Shown piece by piece: positions 49,058 to 58,817 of a stretch of 64,000 nt of DNA. The notes beneath the pieces are model-generated. The model made no database searches. It worked only from the letters and a program-made list of their open reading frames with translations, and was not told the origin of the DNA. Every line of letters begins with the position of its first letter. Position 1 is the stretch's first letter. Position numbers and translations under genes: made by a program. This DNA is from Spirochaetaceae bacterium (GTDB lineage Bacteria; Spirochaetota; Spirochaetia; DSM-2461): assembly GCA_051531975.1 (NCBI GenBank), contig JAOPTT010000005.1:96001-160000 (forward strand), written 5' to 3'.

Positions 49058-50763
49058 CTTGTCTGCTCCACCAGTGTTAAAGGTATAGTTATAATTATTT
49101 GTGTTCCAATGTTAATTTCTGAGTTTATATCGAGTTTTAGTTCTGGATACTGCTTTTTTAATCTCCAATATGTATTAGAAAAACCTATATGTTTAGATTG
49201 AAGATTAAATACCTGCATTTCGTAATATAAACCTTCTATCTGTCGTAGGCTCATTCCAACACCGTTGTCATTAATTATTATAATTAAATCCTGTCTATTT
49301 TTTTTAATTGTAGTTTTCACGGTGCAGTTTTTTGTACTTTGTTCAATTCCATGAATACAACTATTTTCAATAAAAGGTTGTATTGTTAATCTTGGGATTT
49401 TTATACCTAGACAATTTGGTTCTACATCAAATTCAAAACTTAACTTCTCTGCAAATCGATATTTTTGTACTGCTAAAAAATCTTTTGCTATTTCTATCTC
49501 TTTTTCTATAGTTACAATACTTTCATCCCAAGATATTGTATGCCTAAATGATTTAGATAGGTGTTTAATTATATTTGCAGTCTCTTTTTCACCCTTTATA
49601 ACAGACTTCATTCTAATAGATTCTAATACGTTAAAAAGATAATGTGGGTTTATCTGACTAATTAGAGCTGTTAACTGAGCCTTGTTTTTCGATAATTCTA
49701 TATTTTTCTCTCTTAAATTAGCTTCTGTTACTTCACCTATTAATTTATCTATCTGATTTATCATTATATTATAACTTGTAGCTAATTCAGATATTTCATC
49801 TTTTTGTTCACCCTCGATTAGAACACTATTAAAGTGACCATCTTTAACAGATTTCATACTAATAGAGAGGCTATATATTCTTCGATAAAATGACCTTGAT
49901 AAGAGATAAATAAGTATAGAACCTAAAAGTACAGCCAGGAACAGCGGAATTATTATCGCTAAGTTATCAGTCGAAAATTGGTTTTCTATAAAATCTATTT
50001 TATTTAATCGACCTTCTAAACTCCAGCCAGATAATAGCCTCATATCTTCAAAATTATGTGTAATAATATTATTAGAATCTACGGTTATATTATTACTAGC
50101 TATAGTCTCATATTTACTTGAAAGTAGGGTTATCCCATTTTGGTCGGAAAAGAAATTTATATGTTTTTGGAGTTTTGAAATTGGTATATCTACTTTTAAT
50201 ATTGTATTAAATCTTTTATCTTTTGGAATTAAATAATCTAGTGCTCTAATTATAGATATATTATTAGGAGTGGAATTACTATAAAAAATATAACCTGTTT
50301 CATTACTATTTATATACTCTCTATACCATAATTCAGATTCTGTTGTATTGTCTATTCTTTTAATAATAGGGTCAGGTCTAAATGTACTGTTTTTTGTATA
50401 GATACTGTACTTCATATTGTAGGTTCTAAATTGATTTAAAATTGAATCAACTTTAAATATCCGATTCCTTTTTGTTAAATATTCATTTTGTGTTCTATTA
50501 TCATTTTGTATAAAATCTGATAACTCCTGATTTATATAAACTGAGTATATTATTTGTAGTGCTTCGTTAAATTCATTCTGAATAAGTATCGCTGTTTTTG
50601 CTAACTCATGTTCTATATATTTTTTATTGAAGTTTAGCTCTTTTATGTAGAGATTATAGGAAAATAGAGTATTGATGGTTATCATTGGTATCAAAAAACC
50701 AATTATATAAATTATTAAGAGTTTATTTCTAAGTTTCTGATCTCTAAATAGTTTAATTAACAT
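49054..50763 (-). CDS. YesM-like sensor histidine kinase
   Basis: Two TM helices, HAMP, SQINPHYLFN, QPFIEN..IHG and DNGVGM. Confidence 0.93.
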   Translation of the reverse strand: MLIKLFRDQKLRNKLLIIYIIGFLIPMITINTLFSYNLYIKELNFNKKYIEHELAKTAILIQNEFNEALQIIYSVYINQELSDFIQNDNRTQNEYLTKRNRIFKVDSILNQFRTYNMKYSIYTKNSTFRPDPIIKRIDNTTESELWYREYINSNETGYIFYSNSTPNNISIIRALDYLIPKDKRFNTILKVDIPISKLQKHINFFSDQNGITLLSSKYETIASNNITVDSNNIITHNFEDMRLLSGWSLEGRLNKIDFIENQFSTDNLAIIIPLFLAVLLGSILIYLLSRSFYRRIYSLSISMKSVKDGHFNSVLIEGEQKDEISELATSYNIMINQIDKLIGEVTEANLREKNIELSKNKAQLTALISQINPHYLFNVLESIRMKSVIKGEKETANIIKHLSKSFRHTISWDESIVTIEKEIEIAKDFLAVQKYRFAEKLSFEFDVEPNCLGIKIPRLTIQPFIENSCIHGIEQSTKNCTVKTTIKKNRQDLIIIINDNGVGMSLRQIEGLYYEMQVFNLQSKHIGFSNTYWRLKKQYPELKLDINSEINIGTQIIITIPLTLVEQTS

Positions 50764-50876
50764 ATTATAATATATGTAATATCAATTATTACATCCTTAT
50801 TAAAAGTATTGTAAGTCTTTATATCATAATAAATTACATGATTCTTACGGTATATATTATAAATCAAAACTACTAA

Positions 50877-50956
50877 TGTAGCAAGCTTAACTGTTTACAA
50901 CACCCTGATGGTCTATTTATTCTTATGTACTGTTGCACAGGAAATTTGAAACTACA
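50877..50956. mobile_element. Possible 80-bp IS30-family remnant (two 26-bp end-like sequences, no transposase)
   Basis: TGTAG..TACAACA (50877-50902) and, on the minus strand, TGTAGTTTCAAATTTCCTGTGCAACA (50931-50956). Both follow the TGTAG-N14-TGCAACA layout of the IS30 inverted repeats as I recall them. Confidence 0.35.
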
Positions 50957-50991
50957 TTGTAAAACAAACATAATCAAAAATACATTTATTA

Positions 50992-51033
50992 AAATTTGGT
51001 AAATATAGATAATATACTTTATTTACCAAATTT
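50992..51033. repeat. Perfect 14-bp inverted repeat upstream of the chemosensory operon
   Basis: AAATTTGGTAAATA-N14-TATTTACCAAATTT. Confidence 0.75.
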
Positions 51034-51117
51034 ATTTTAGTATTGGTATTAGATTTGAAACTATATTAGAGTTTATATTAACTTATGTTTTTTTAACAAT
51101 TTAAAAAAGGAAACCTT

Positions 51118-51603
51118 ATGGTTAGTTCAGGAAAATCAAAATATCTTGTCTTTTATCTGGATGAAAATAGTTATGCTATATCACTATTCTCGGTTGTTAG
51201 AATAGTTCGCTCAGTTGAGATAACACCTCTTCCTAAGGCACCTGATATTATCTTGGGTCTTATCAACCTAAAAGGGCAGATTCTTCCTGTCATAAATGTT
51301 CGTAAGAGGTTTGATTATCCTATCAAAGAGATAGAACTTAGCGATAAATTAATTATATTGCAAACATCTGATCTGAATTGTGCTTTTTTGGTAACTGGAG
51401 TTGAGGGCATCCTTGAAGTTTCTGATGAAGATGTTGTTGCCCCAGGAGAAATCTTTTGTGGGATGGAATATGTACAAGGAGTAATCCGACAGGAAAAGGG
51501 TATTATCATAATTCATCAACTAGATAAAATCCTTTCAGGTCAGGAAGAGACATTGTTGAAGAAAGTGATTAATGAACCTTTTGAAAAGATGTTTAAATCA
51601 TGA
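51118..51603 (+). CDS. cheW: CheW adaptor (WspB-like)
   Basis: YLVFYL, ITPLPKAP..ILGLINLKGQILPVI motifs. Confidence 0.92.
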   Translation: MVSSGKSKYLVFYLDENSYAISLFSVVRIVRSVEITPLPKAPDIILGLINLKGQILPVINVRKRFDYPIKEIELSDKLIILQTSDLNCAFLVTGVEGILEVSDEDVVAPGEIFCGMEYVQGVIRQEKGIIIIHQLDKILSGQEETLLKKVINEPFEKMFKS

Positions 51604-53102
51604 TTACACAAACCCCTCAAACTTCCTGGAGTGCTCTTTCAAAGTTTATTGAAAAACAAACTGGATTGAGTTTCCCCAAAGATAAATGGAAAGAATTGGA
51701 GCGGCGAATAGTAGTGGCTGCTAAAGAACTTGAGTTTGATGAAGTGGAACCATGTATCGCATGGTTACTCTCTGGCGATGTCTCAAAAGAACAGTTGAAG
51801 GTGCTGATTAATTGCCTTACTATAGGTGAAACCTATTTTTTCCGGGATAAAAAAAGTTGGAATTTTTTCGAGCAACATATATTAAAAGAATATATTCAAG
51901 TTTATCAGAACAAAAACAGACGTTTGAGAATCTGGGTAGCTGGTTGTAGTACGGGAGAAGAAGCATATACTGTAGCTATTTTACTCCGTCGTATGATTGA
52001 AGACCTGACAAATTGGAATATTTCTATATTGGCAACAGATATTAATACCAGATCTCTACAAAAAGCAGTAACTGGCATTTATTCTGATTGGTCTTTCAGA
52101 GATACACCAAAATGGTTAAAAGAAAAGTTTTTTATTAAGAGGACCGATGGGAATTATGAAGTTATCCCATCAGTTAAAGAAATGGTCACCTTTTCATATC
52201 TGAATTTAGTGGATGATGTTTTTCCTGATCTCTCAACAAATACAAATGGAATGGATATAATATTTTGTCGAAATGTACTAATGTATTTCCCACCACAAAT
52301 ATCAAAAATAATTATAAAGAATTTTATACACTCTCTTGTAGAACATGGAGTTTTTTTCATTAGTGCTGCAGAAGTTCATATGGTAAGTTCCACAGCACTT
52401 TCAACAGTAACTTTTGATGGAGCAAGTTTTTTTAGAAAAGAGAACCGCCAACATACTAAAAAATATCATAAACCATCAGTTAAAAAATTAATTCTGGATA
52501 ACCCTGGGAAACAAGTTTTAGCTGTGAAAAGTTTTAAACCGGAAATTTCTGAAAGAAAAGTTACTATTAAAAAAACGAAGAAGAAGTTCAAATCTGTAAA
52601 AAGTGAATACGAGAGGGCAAAAAAACTATTTGAAGTTGGAAGTTTTATCCCATCAACTGACCTACTCATGGATTTATGTATAGAGGAGAAAGATCATCTC
52701 TCTTTGAATGGAGATATCTACTCTCTGCTTGCCAGGAATCTTGCCAATCTTGGGAAACTATACGAAGCACTAGAGTGGAGTGAAAAATCCCAAAAAGAGG
52801 ATAAAATAAATCCAGACTATTATTACATTGCAGCTCTTATCCATATGGAGCTGGGACAAAATATTGAAGCTATATCAGCTCTGAAAAAAACACTGTTTTT
52901 GGACTCTAATTACACTCTGGCTTATTACATTTTAGGAAATATTAGGCGTAACGAGGGAAGAATCGAGGATTCAAGAAAACAGTTTGACAATGCAATGAAA
53001 TTATTGTTAAAACAGCCCAAAGAAGAGAGAGTATCACAAATAGATGGGCTTACTGTGGGTAGGCTTATGAATATCATTTCTAGATTAATTGGTGAGGACT
53101 AA
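51600..53102 (+). CDS. cheR: CheR methyltransferase with a C-terminal TPR domain (WspC-like)
   Basis: TIGETYFFRD, WVAGCSTGEEAY, ATDIN and IFCRNVLMYF motifs, followed by TPR repeats. Confidence 0.94.
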   Translation: MITQTPQTSWSALSKFIEKQTGLSFPKDKWKELERRIVVAAKELEFDEVEPCIAWLLSGDVSKEQLKVLINCLTIGETYFFRDKKSWNFFEQHILKEYIQVYQNKNRRLRIWVAGCSTGEEAYTVAILLRRMIEDLTNWNISILATDINTRSLQKAVTGIYSDWSFRDTPKWLKEKFFIKRTDGNYEVIPSVKEMVTFSYLNLVDDVFPDLSTNTNGMDIIFCRNVLMYFPPQISKIIIKNFIHSLVEHGVFFISAAEVHMVSSTALSTVTFDGASFFRKENRQHTKKYHKPSVKKLILDNPGKQVLAVKSFKPEISERKVTIKKTKKKFKSVKSEYERAKKLFEVGSFIPSTDLLMDLCIEEKDHLSLNGDIYSLLARNLANLGKLYEALEWSEKSQKEDKINPDYYYIAALIHMELGQNIEAISALKKTLFLDSNYTLAYYILGNIRRNEGRIEDSRKQFDNAMKLLLKQPKEERVSQIDGLTVGRLMNIISRLIGED

Positions 53103-53708
53103 GTGATGAAAGAAAAAATTGTCTGGTCTGAGATTCACAGTAGAATTGATGAGACCCGTAAACTAATAGAGCAGGGATTCAAACCTACCGCTGAGGAAAA
53201 AAAGAGGATTCTTGCTGAAAGGGCTGAGGATTTGGCCAGTGATTTTAGAGTGGATCATAAGATTGAAGATACACTACAGGTTGTAGAATTTTTATTAGAA
53301 AAAGAGCACTACAGTTTTGAAATACAATATATTCGAGAAATCCTTCCTCTTAATGAGATATGTCTCGTACCTTGCACTCCCGATTTTATAGTTGGTATTA
53401 CAAGTATCAGAGGACAGATTATTTCAGTCATGGATATGAAATCTTTTTTTAACCTACCCCCAAAAGGAATAACAGATAGTAATAAGCTTATTATTCTTCA
53501 TCTAGGGGAGATGGAAGTGGGGATACTGGTGGATTGTATATTTGGTGAAAGATCTGTTCCAGTAGATATTATTCAATCCGATATCCCAACTCTATCTGGG
53601 ATAGGTGCTGAATATTTAAAAGGAGTGACTGCAGATGGGCTAATTATCATTGATGCAGAAAAAGTGCTTACAGATAAAAAAATAATTGTTAATGAAGAAG
53701 TGGAATAA
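53103..53708 (+). CDS. cheW: CheW adaptor with an N-terminal extension (WspD-like)
   Basis: IL..RA..LA extension and VPCTPDFIVGITSIRGQIISVMD. Confidence 0.92.
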   Translation: MMKEKIVWSEIHSRIDETRKLIEQGFKPTAEEKKRILAERAEDLASDFRVDHKIEDTLQVVEFLLEKEHYSFEIQYIREILPLNEICLVPCTPDFIVGITSIRGQIISVMDMKSFFNLPPKGITDSNKLIILHLGEMEVGILVDCIFGERSVPVDIIQSDIPTLSGIGAEYLKGVTADGLIIIDAEKVLTDKKIIVNEEVE

Positions 53709-53826
53709 TAATAAAAGCTGAGGAGTTCTAGCGTATAGAAGGAAGGTCAAATGGGTAAAAAAGAAGATTTTTTAAAAAAAAGCTTATCAAAAATATATCT
53801 GCCAATAATGGCAAGGAGGAATCCAT

Positions 53827-55554
53827 ATGAAGTTTAAAGTTGCTCAAAAAATTGCATCCGGTTATGTTCTTGCGCTGAGTATTTTTATTTTAATAGAGGT
53901 CTTAGCTTATCAGAATATATCCAGTCTTATAGAAAACAGTAATTGGGTAGGTCACACTCACGAAGTAATAGAAGAAATTGATCACACCTTAAGTCTTTTA
54001 CAGGATAGTGAAACCGGACAGAGAGGATACATAATAACAGGATTGGAACGTTATCTTGAACCTTTTTCTACTGGCACCACCCAGGTTTTTGCGAGTATAA
54101 AATTAATTCGTGAATTGACTTCCGATAATCCTGAACAACAGCGGAGACTGGATAAATTAGAGCCACTGGTAGTAAGTAAAATAGCCGAACTTCAGGAAAC
54201 AATTGACCTTCGGCGAGAACAAGGTTTTGAAGATGCGTTAAGTATTGTTATTTCTGATAAAGGTAAAATGATTATGGATGATATTAGGGTTGTTATTGAT
54301 GAATTAAACCAGGCAGAAGTTGATTTATTGGCCAAAAGAAATGATAAAGCGATAAAAGAGGCCAACAATACCCAATCTATAATTATATTAGCTACTATTG
54401 CCTCTACTATTCTTTTAAGTCTGATAGGTTTTATAATTATTAAAAACCTGTCAAAACCACTAAAAGAGATATCAGCAGTGGCTGATCGTATTGCTGTCGG
54501 AGATCTTTCGATGATAATAAAAACAGATAAAAGGCAGGATGAAGTTGGTGTTTTAATAAGGTCTTTCATAAAAATGTCCGAATCTTTGAAAAATATGGCA
54601 AGTTGGGCTAATCAGATTGCTGATGGTGTACTCTCATTTGATATAGAACCTCAATCCGAATCAGATGTTATGGGAAATGCGTTGGTATCCATGATTTCAA
54701 CTTTAAGAGAGCAAGTTGGAAATATCCAGGAGACATCTAACTCTTTAGCTTCTTCTTCAGGAGAAATTTCAACTACTGTTTCCCAGCTTGCTGCCAGTGT
54801 AGCTGAAACAGCAAGTTCTATAAGCCAGACAAGTATTACAGTTGAGGAATTGAAACAAACAGCAGAGCTTTCTTATCAAAAATCAGAGGAGATGTCTCTG
54901 AGTGCTCAACAAGCTTCAGAGGTATCACAAGTAGGGCTGACTCTGACCGATAAAACAGGTCTTGGAATGAACAATATCCGATCTCAGATGGACATAATTG
55001 TCGAGAGTATTACCAACCTAAGTGAACAGAGCCAAGCTATTGGAGCAATCATTACAACAGTAAATGATCTGTCTGAACAATCTAATCTGTTGGCTGTTAA
55101 CGCCGCTATCGAAGCAGGGAAAGCCGGTGAACAAGGTAAAGGTTTTGTTGTAGTAGCTGAAGAAATTCGAAGGTTAGCAATGCAATCTAAAGATGCTACA
55201 ACTCAGGTACAAGGTATATTGCAGGATATTCAGAAAGGGGTCAGCACTGCTGTAATGACTGTAGAGCAGGGAACGAAAGCTGCAGATGCTGGAGTTATAC
55301 AATCAACAGAGACTGCTGAATCTATACGTCGGTTGACAGATAGCCTAGGTTCTTCATCTGAGGCCATGACACAAATTGCCGCATCTAGCCAGCAGCAGCT
55401 TGTAGGAGTGGATCAGGTTAGGGAGACTATAGATAATATTCGAGTAGCTAGTGAACAGAACTCTCAAGGAGCCGGTCAACTAGAACTGGCAGCAATGAAC
55501 CTAAGTGATCTTGGTGGAAAACTGAAAGAACTGGTGAGTCGTTACACAATATAG
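53827..55554 (+). CDS. Methyl-accepting chemotaxis protein with a CHASE3 sensor (WspA-like)
   Basis: TM, CHASE3 (WVGHT, ETGQRGY, DNPEQQ, GK..MD.IR), TM, HAMP and signalling tip [13 protein letters not shown]. Confidence 0.95.
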   Translation: MKFKVAQKIASGYVLALSIFILIEVLAYQNISSLIENSNWVGHTHEVIEEIDHTLSLLQDSETGQRGYIITGLERYLEPFSTGTTQVFASIKLIRELTSDNPEQQRRLDKLEPLVVSKIAELQETIDLRREQGFEDALSIVISDKGKMIMDDIRVVIDELNQAEVDLLAKRNDKAIKEANNTQSIIILATIASTILLSLIGFIIIKNLSKPLKEISAVADRIAVGDLSMIIKTDKRQDEVGVLIRSFIKMSESLKNMASWANQIADGVLSFDIEPQSESDVMGNALVSMISTLREQVGNIQETSNSLASSSGEISTTVSQLAASVAETASSISQTSITVEELKQTAELSYQKSEEMSLSAQQASEVSQVGLTLTDKTGLGMNNIRSQMDIIVESITNLSEQSQAIGAIITTVNDLSEQSNLLAVNAAIEAGKAGEQGKGFVVVAEEIRRLAMQSKDATTQVQGILQDIQKGVSTAVMTVEQGTKAADAGVIQSTETAESIRRLTDSLGSSSEAMTQIAASSQQQLVGVDQVRETIDNIRVASEQNSQGAGQLELAAMNLSDLGGKLKELVSRYTI

Positions 55555-55566
55555 TGAGAAGGAAAA

Positions 55567-57759
55567 ATGGGAAAAGAAGAAGAATTACAGCGGAGACTTC
55601 ATGGGGTATTTATCCTAGAAACAGAAGAACGACTTCAGGGTCTAACTACAGGATTCTTGGAACTTGAAAAAGGTCTTTCGGATGGAAAAACAGCTGAAAT
55701 TTTTGAAACAATTTATCGGGATGCTCATAGCCTTAAAGGTGCTTCCCGTTCTGTAGGTCGGGGAGATATGGAAACAATCTTTCAGTCTATGGAAAGTCTT
55801 CTTGCTATATGGAAGAAAAAAAATTATGTTCCCAGTGCTGATGTATTTGATGAATTGCATAAGATTATAGAAGGTGTTAGAAGATTTCTCGATAATAAGC
55901 AGTATGAAAATAAGGCACTTGTCACAGAATATGTAAAAATACTTGATAGTATGGAAAAAAGTGGTGAAGGCCCAGATTGGATCCCGGAATTAAAGCCTGA
56001 AATTCAAGTAGAAGAAACTGGCATTATTGATAAAAATATAATTGTGGATACAGTAAGAATCAGTATGTCAAAATTAGACTCTATCCTACGTCAGTCTGAA
56101 GAATTACTTTTAGTTAAGCTGGTTACTGCACAGCGGGCTGGAGAAATACTAATCCTTAAGAATATGATTGATAAGCTGCAACACAGATGGAATATAACTT
56201 TAGAATCAATGATATCCCAACCGACATCTCTTGGGGATTTTATCAATTGGCAGCAGAACCAATTTCAGCAGATTGATATTACTCTAACAGAATTACAACG
56301 TAAAACAGAAGGGGATTCTCAGTCACTTGGCCGAAGAGTGGACAATCTTCTGGAGGATTCCAGAAAGATGCTACTTTTTCCTGTATCATCAATTCTTCAA
56401 ACTTTACCAAAAATGGTCAGGGATTTATGTCGGGAAAATAATAAAGAAGTGGATCTTAATATTCAAGGCGGAGAGTTTGAAGTGGATAAACGTATTCTCG
56501 AAGAGATGAAAGATCCTATTATTCATATTATCAGAAATAGTCTTGATCATGGAATCGAGAAAACTGAAGTGAGGGAAAAAAATAAAAAGGTTCCTAAGGG
56601 GACAATATCTATAATTATTTCTCCTAAAGAGAGTGATAAGGTGGAGATCTCCATAAAAGATGATGGTAGGGGGATTGATCTAGAGAGAGTCAAAGAATCT
56701 GCAGTACAAAAAGGATTTATATCCAGGACTGAATCTGAAAAATATAATGAAGTTGAAGCTCTTCAGCTCATTTTTCTTTCCGAAGTCTCCACTAGTCCTC
56801 TAATTACAAAGATTTCCGGGCGGGGTCTTGGTATGGCTATTGTACGGGAGAAAGTTGAGGATATGGGGGGGGCTATATCCATAGAAACAAAACAAGCAGA
56901 AGGAACAACTTTTCATTTGATTTTACCTCTGACTATATCAACTTTTAGAGGAGTCCTAATTCAGGTGGTGGATCAGCTTTTTGTTATCCCTGCAATGAAT
57001 GTTGAACGTGTTGGTAGGATAAATATTGAAGATATAAAGACTATAGAAAATAAAGAAACCATTAATCATCAAGGACGTACAATATTGCTAGTTGAGCTGT
57101 CAGATGTACTCGGTATTCATAGAAGTAGTGAGACTTCCAAGTCTATTCCCTATATTATAATTAGATCTGGAGACAAAATTATAGCTTTCAGTGTTCAGGC
57201 AATTCTCAATGAAGAAGAAGTCCTTGTAAAAAGTTTAGGGAAACAGCTACCTAGGGTTCGGAATATAGGTGGAGCCACTGTTTTAGGATCCGGTATGGTA
57301 GTTCCTGTTCTTAATGTTTCCGATCTGCTTAAATCCGCTTCTAAAACTAAACTTGTTTTGATAAGTAGAGAAAATTCTGATGAGAAACAAAAGAAGAAAA
57401 ATAGTATTCTTGTTGTAGAAGATTCCATTACATCACGTATCTTACTAAAAAATATTCTTGAATCAGGGGGATACCTGGTTAAAACAGCTGTTGATGGTAT
57501 AGACGCTTTTACTCAGTTAAAAACTGAAGTATTTCAATTGGTCGTTTCAGATATTCAAATGCCCCGGATGAATGGTTTTGAGCTTACAAAAAAAATCCGT
57601 AATGAAAAGACATTCTCAGAGCTTCCTGTAGTACTTGTAACGTCCCTAGAATCCCGTGAGGATCAGGAAAAAGGTATTGAGGTTGGAGCTGACGCATATA
57701 TTCTAAAAGCAAGTTTTGATCAGAGTAATCTCTTGGAAGTAATTGGGAGGTTCTTATGA
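55567..57759 (+). CDS. cheA: CheA-REC hybrid kinase (WspE-like)
   Basis: Hpt (AHSLKGAS), HIIRNSLDHGIE, DDGRG, SGRGLGM, CheW domain and C-terminal REC. No P2 domain is evident. Confidence 0.95.
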   Translation: MGKEEELQRRLHGVFILETEERLQGLTTGFLELEKGLSDGKTAEIFETIYRDAHSLKGASRSVGRGDMETIFQSMESLLAIWKKKNYVPSADVFDELHKIIEGVRRFLDNKQYENKALVTEYVKILDSMEKSGEGPDWIPELKPEIQVEETGIIDKNIIVDTVRISMSKLDSILRQSEELLLVKLVTAQRAGEILILKNMIDKLQHRWNITLESMISQPTSLGDFINWQQNQFQQIDITLTELQRKTEGDSQSLGRRVDNLLEDSRKMLLFPVSSILQTLPKMVRDLCRENNKEVDLNIQGGEFEVDKRILEEMKDPIIHIIRNSLDHGIEKTEVREKNKKVPKGTISIIISPKESDKVEISIKDDGRGIDLERVKESAVQKGFISRTESEKYNEVEALQLIFLSEVSTSPLITKISGRGLGMAIVREKVEDMGGAISIETKQAEGTTFHLILPLTISTFRGVLIQVVDQLFVIPAMNVERVGRINIEDIKTIENKETINHQGRTILLVELSDVLGIHRSSETSKSIPYIIIRSGDKIIAFSVQAILNEEEVLVKSLGKQLPRVRNIGGATVLGSGMVVPVLNVSDLLKSASKTKLVLISRENSDEKQKKKNSILVVEDSITSRILLKNILESGGYLVKTAVDGIDAFTQLKTEVFQLVVSDIQMPRMNGFELTKKIRNEKTFSELPVVLVTSLESREDQEKGIEVGADAYILKASFDQSNLLEVIGRFL

Positions 57760-58817
57760 TTAAAGTTCTTATTGTTGAGGATTCTATTACATCCCGTGAA
57801 CTTCTACATTTTATACTTGATTCTGATCCTGATATTAAAGTTGTCGGCACTGCATCTAATGGACAAGAGGCTTGTGATTTTGTCAGAAGTTTTAAACCTG
57901 ATGTTATTACTATGGATATTAATATGCCCCTTATGGATGGATTTGAGGCAACACGTAGAATTATGGCAACAGTTCCCGTGGCAATCATAATTATTAGTGC
58001 ACATTTAAATACAAAAGATGTATCCTCCAGTTTTAAGGCTATTGATGCAGGTGCTGTTGCGATACTAGATAAACCCGTCGCTTTAAACCATCCAGATTTC
58101 GATAAATCAACCAAGGTTATAATACAAAAAGTTAAAACCATGTCTGAAGTAAAATTAGTTAGGCGCTGGTATAAAAGTTCTAGAATTTCAGCTTTTCAGA
58201 AAGACAAAGAAGTTAAGAAACATATAAGTCCTGCATCTACTGCTACTAAAATCATAGCAATTGGTGGATCTACAGGAGCTCCAGCTGTATTAAAAACGAT
58301 ATTATCTAGGCTGCCCTCTAATTTCCCTGTACCTCTGGTTCTGGTTCAACATATAACTCCAGGATTTGTAGATGGAATGATAAATTGGCTGAACCAGGAG
58401 ACAAATATTACCATATCAATACCGGTAAATGGTGAGAAATTACTTCCAGGACATGCTTATATCGCTCCTGATGCATTACAGATGGGAGTGAATCGACAAG
58501 AATCCAGCATAGTACTCAAAAATGATCCATTAGAACACAGAATACGGCCTTCTGTTTCTTATATGTTTCGTTCTGTTGCGTCCCAATATGGTCCGAATGT
58601 TATAGGTGTTCTTCTAACCGGTATGGGAGCCGATGGCTCACTGGAGCTTAAGTCCCTAAAAGATAATGGAGCGATTACAATTGCACAGAATAAAGAGAGT
58701 TCGATCGTATTTGGAATGCCTGGAGAAGCAGTAGCTTTAGGTGGTGCTACACATATATTAAATCCGGAGGAGATAGCTTCCATATTAATAAAACTAGTGG
58801 GTAATGGAGAGGAATAA
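57756..58817 (+). CDS. cheB: CheB methylesterase (WspF-like)
   Basis: REC plus the catalytic triad motifs GGSTG, VQHI and LTGMGADG. Confidence 0.95.
   Translation: MIKVLIVEDSITSRELLHFILDSDPDIKVVGTASNGQEACDFVRSFKPDVITMDINMPLMDGFEATRRIMATVPVAIIIISAHLNTKDVSSSFKAIDAGAVAILDKPVALNHPDFDKSTKVIIQKVKTMSEVKLVRRWYKSSRISAFQKDKEVKKHISPASTATKIIAIGGSTGAPAVLKTILSRLPSNFPVPLVLVQHITPGFVDGMINWLNQETNITISIPVNGEKLLPGHAYIAPDALQMGVNRQESSIVLKNDPLEHRIRPSVSYMFRSVASQYGPNVIGVLLTGMGADGSLELKSLKDNGAITIAQNKESSIVFGMPGEAVALGGATHILNPEEIASILIKLVGNGEE

Noticed and set aside
50755..50870. Possible dif (XerCD) site
   Set aside because: Only partial arms match in very AT-rich sequence, and one candidate overlaps the kinase start codon.
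50944..51063. ATTTGAAAC repeat resembling a CRISPR repeat end
   Set aside because: Only two short copies 109 bp apart, no array periodicity and no cas genes.
50764..51117. c-di-GMP or other riboswitch upstream of the chemosensory operon
   Set aside because: I could not find the conserved aptamer motifs by eye. An Rfam search would be needed to exclude it formally.
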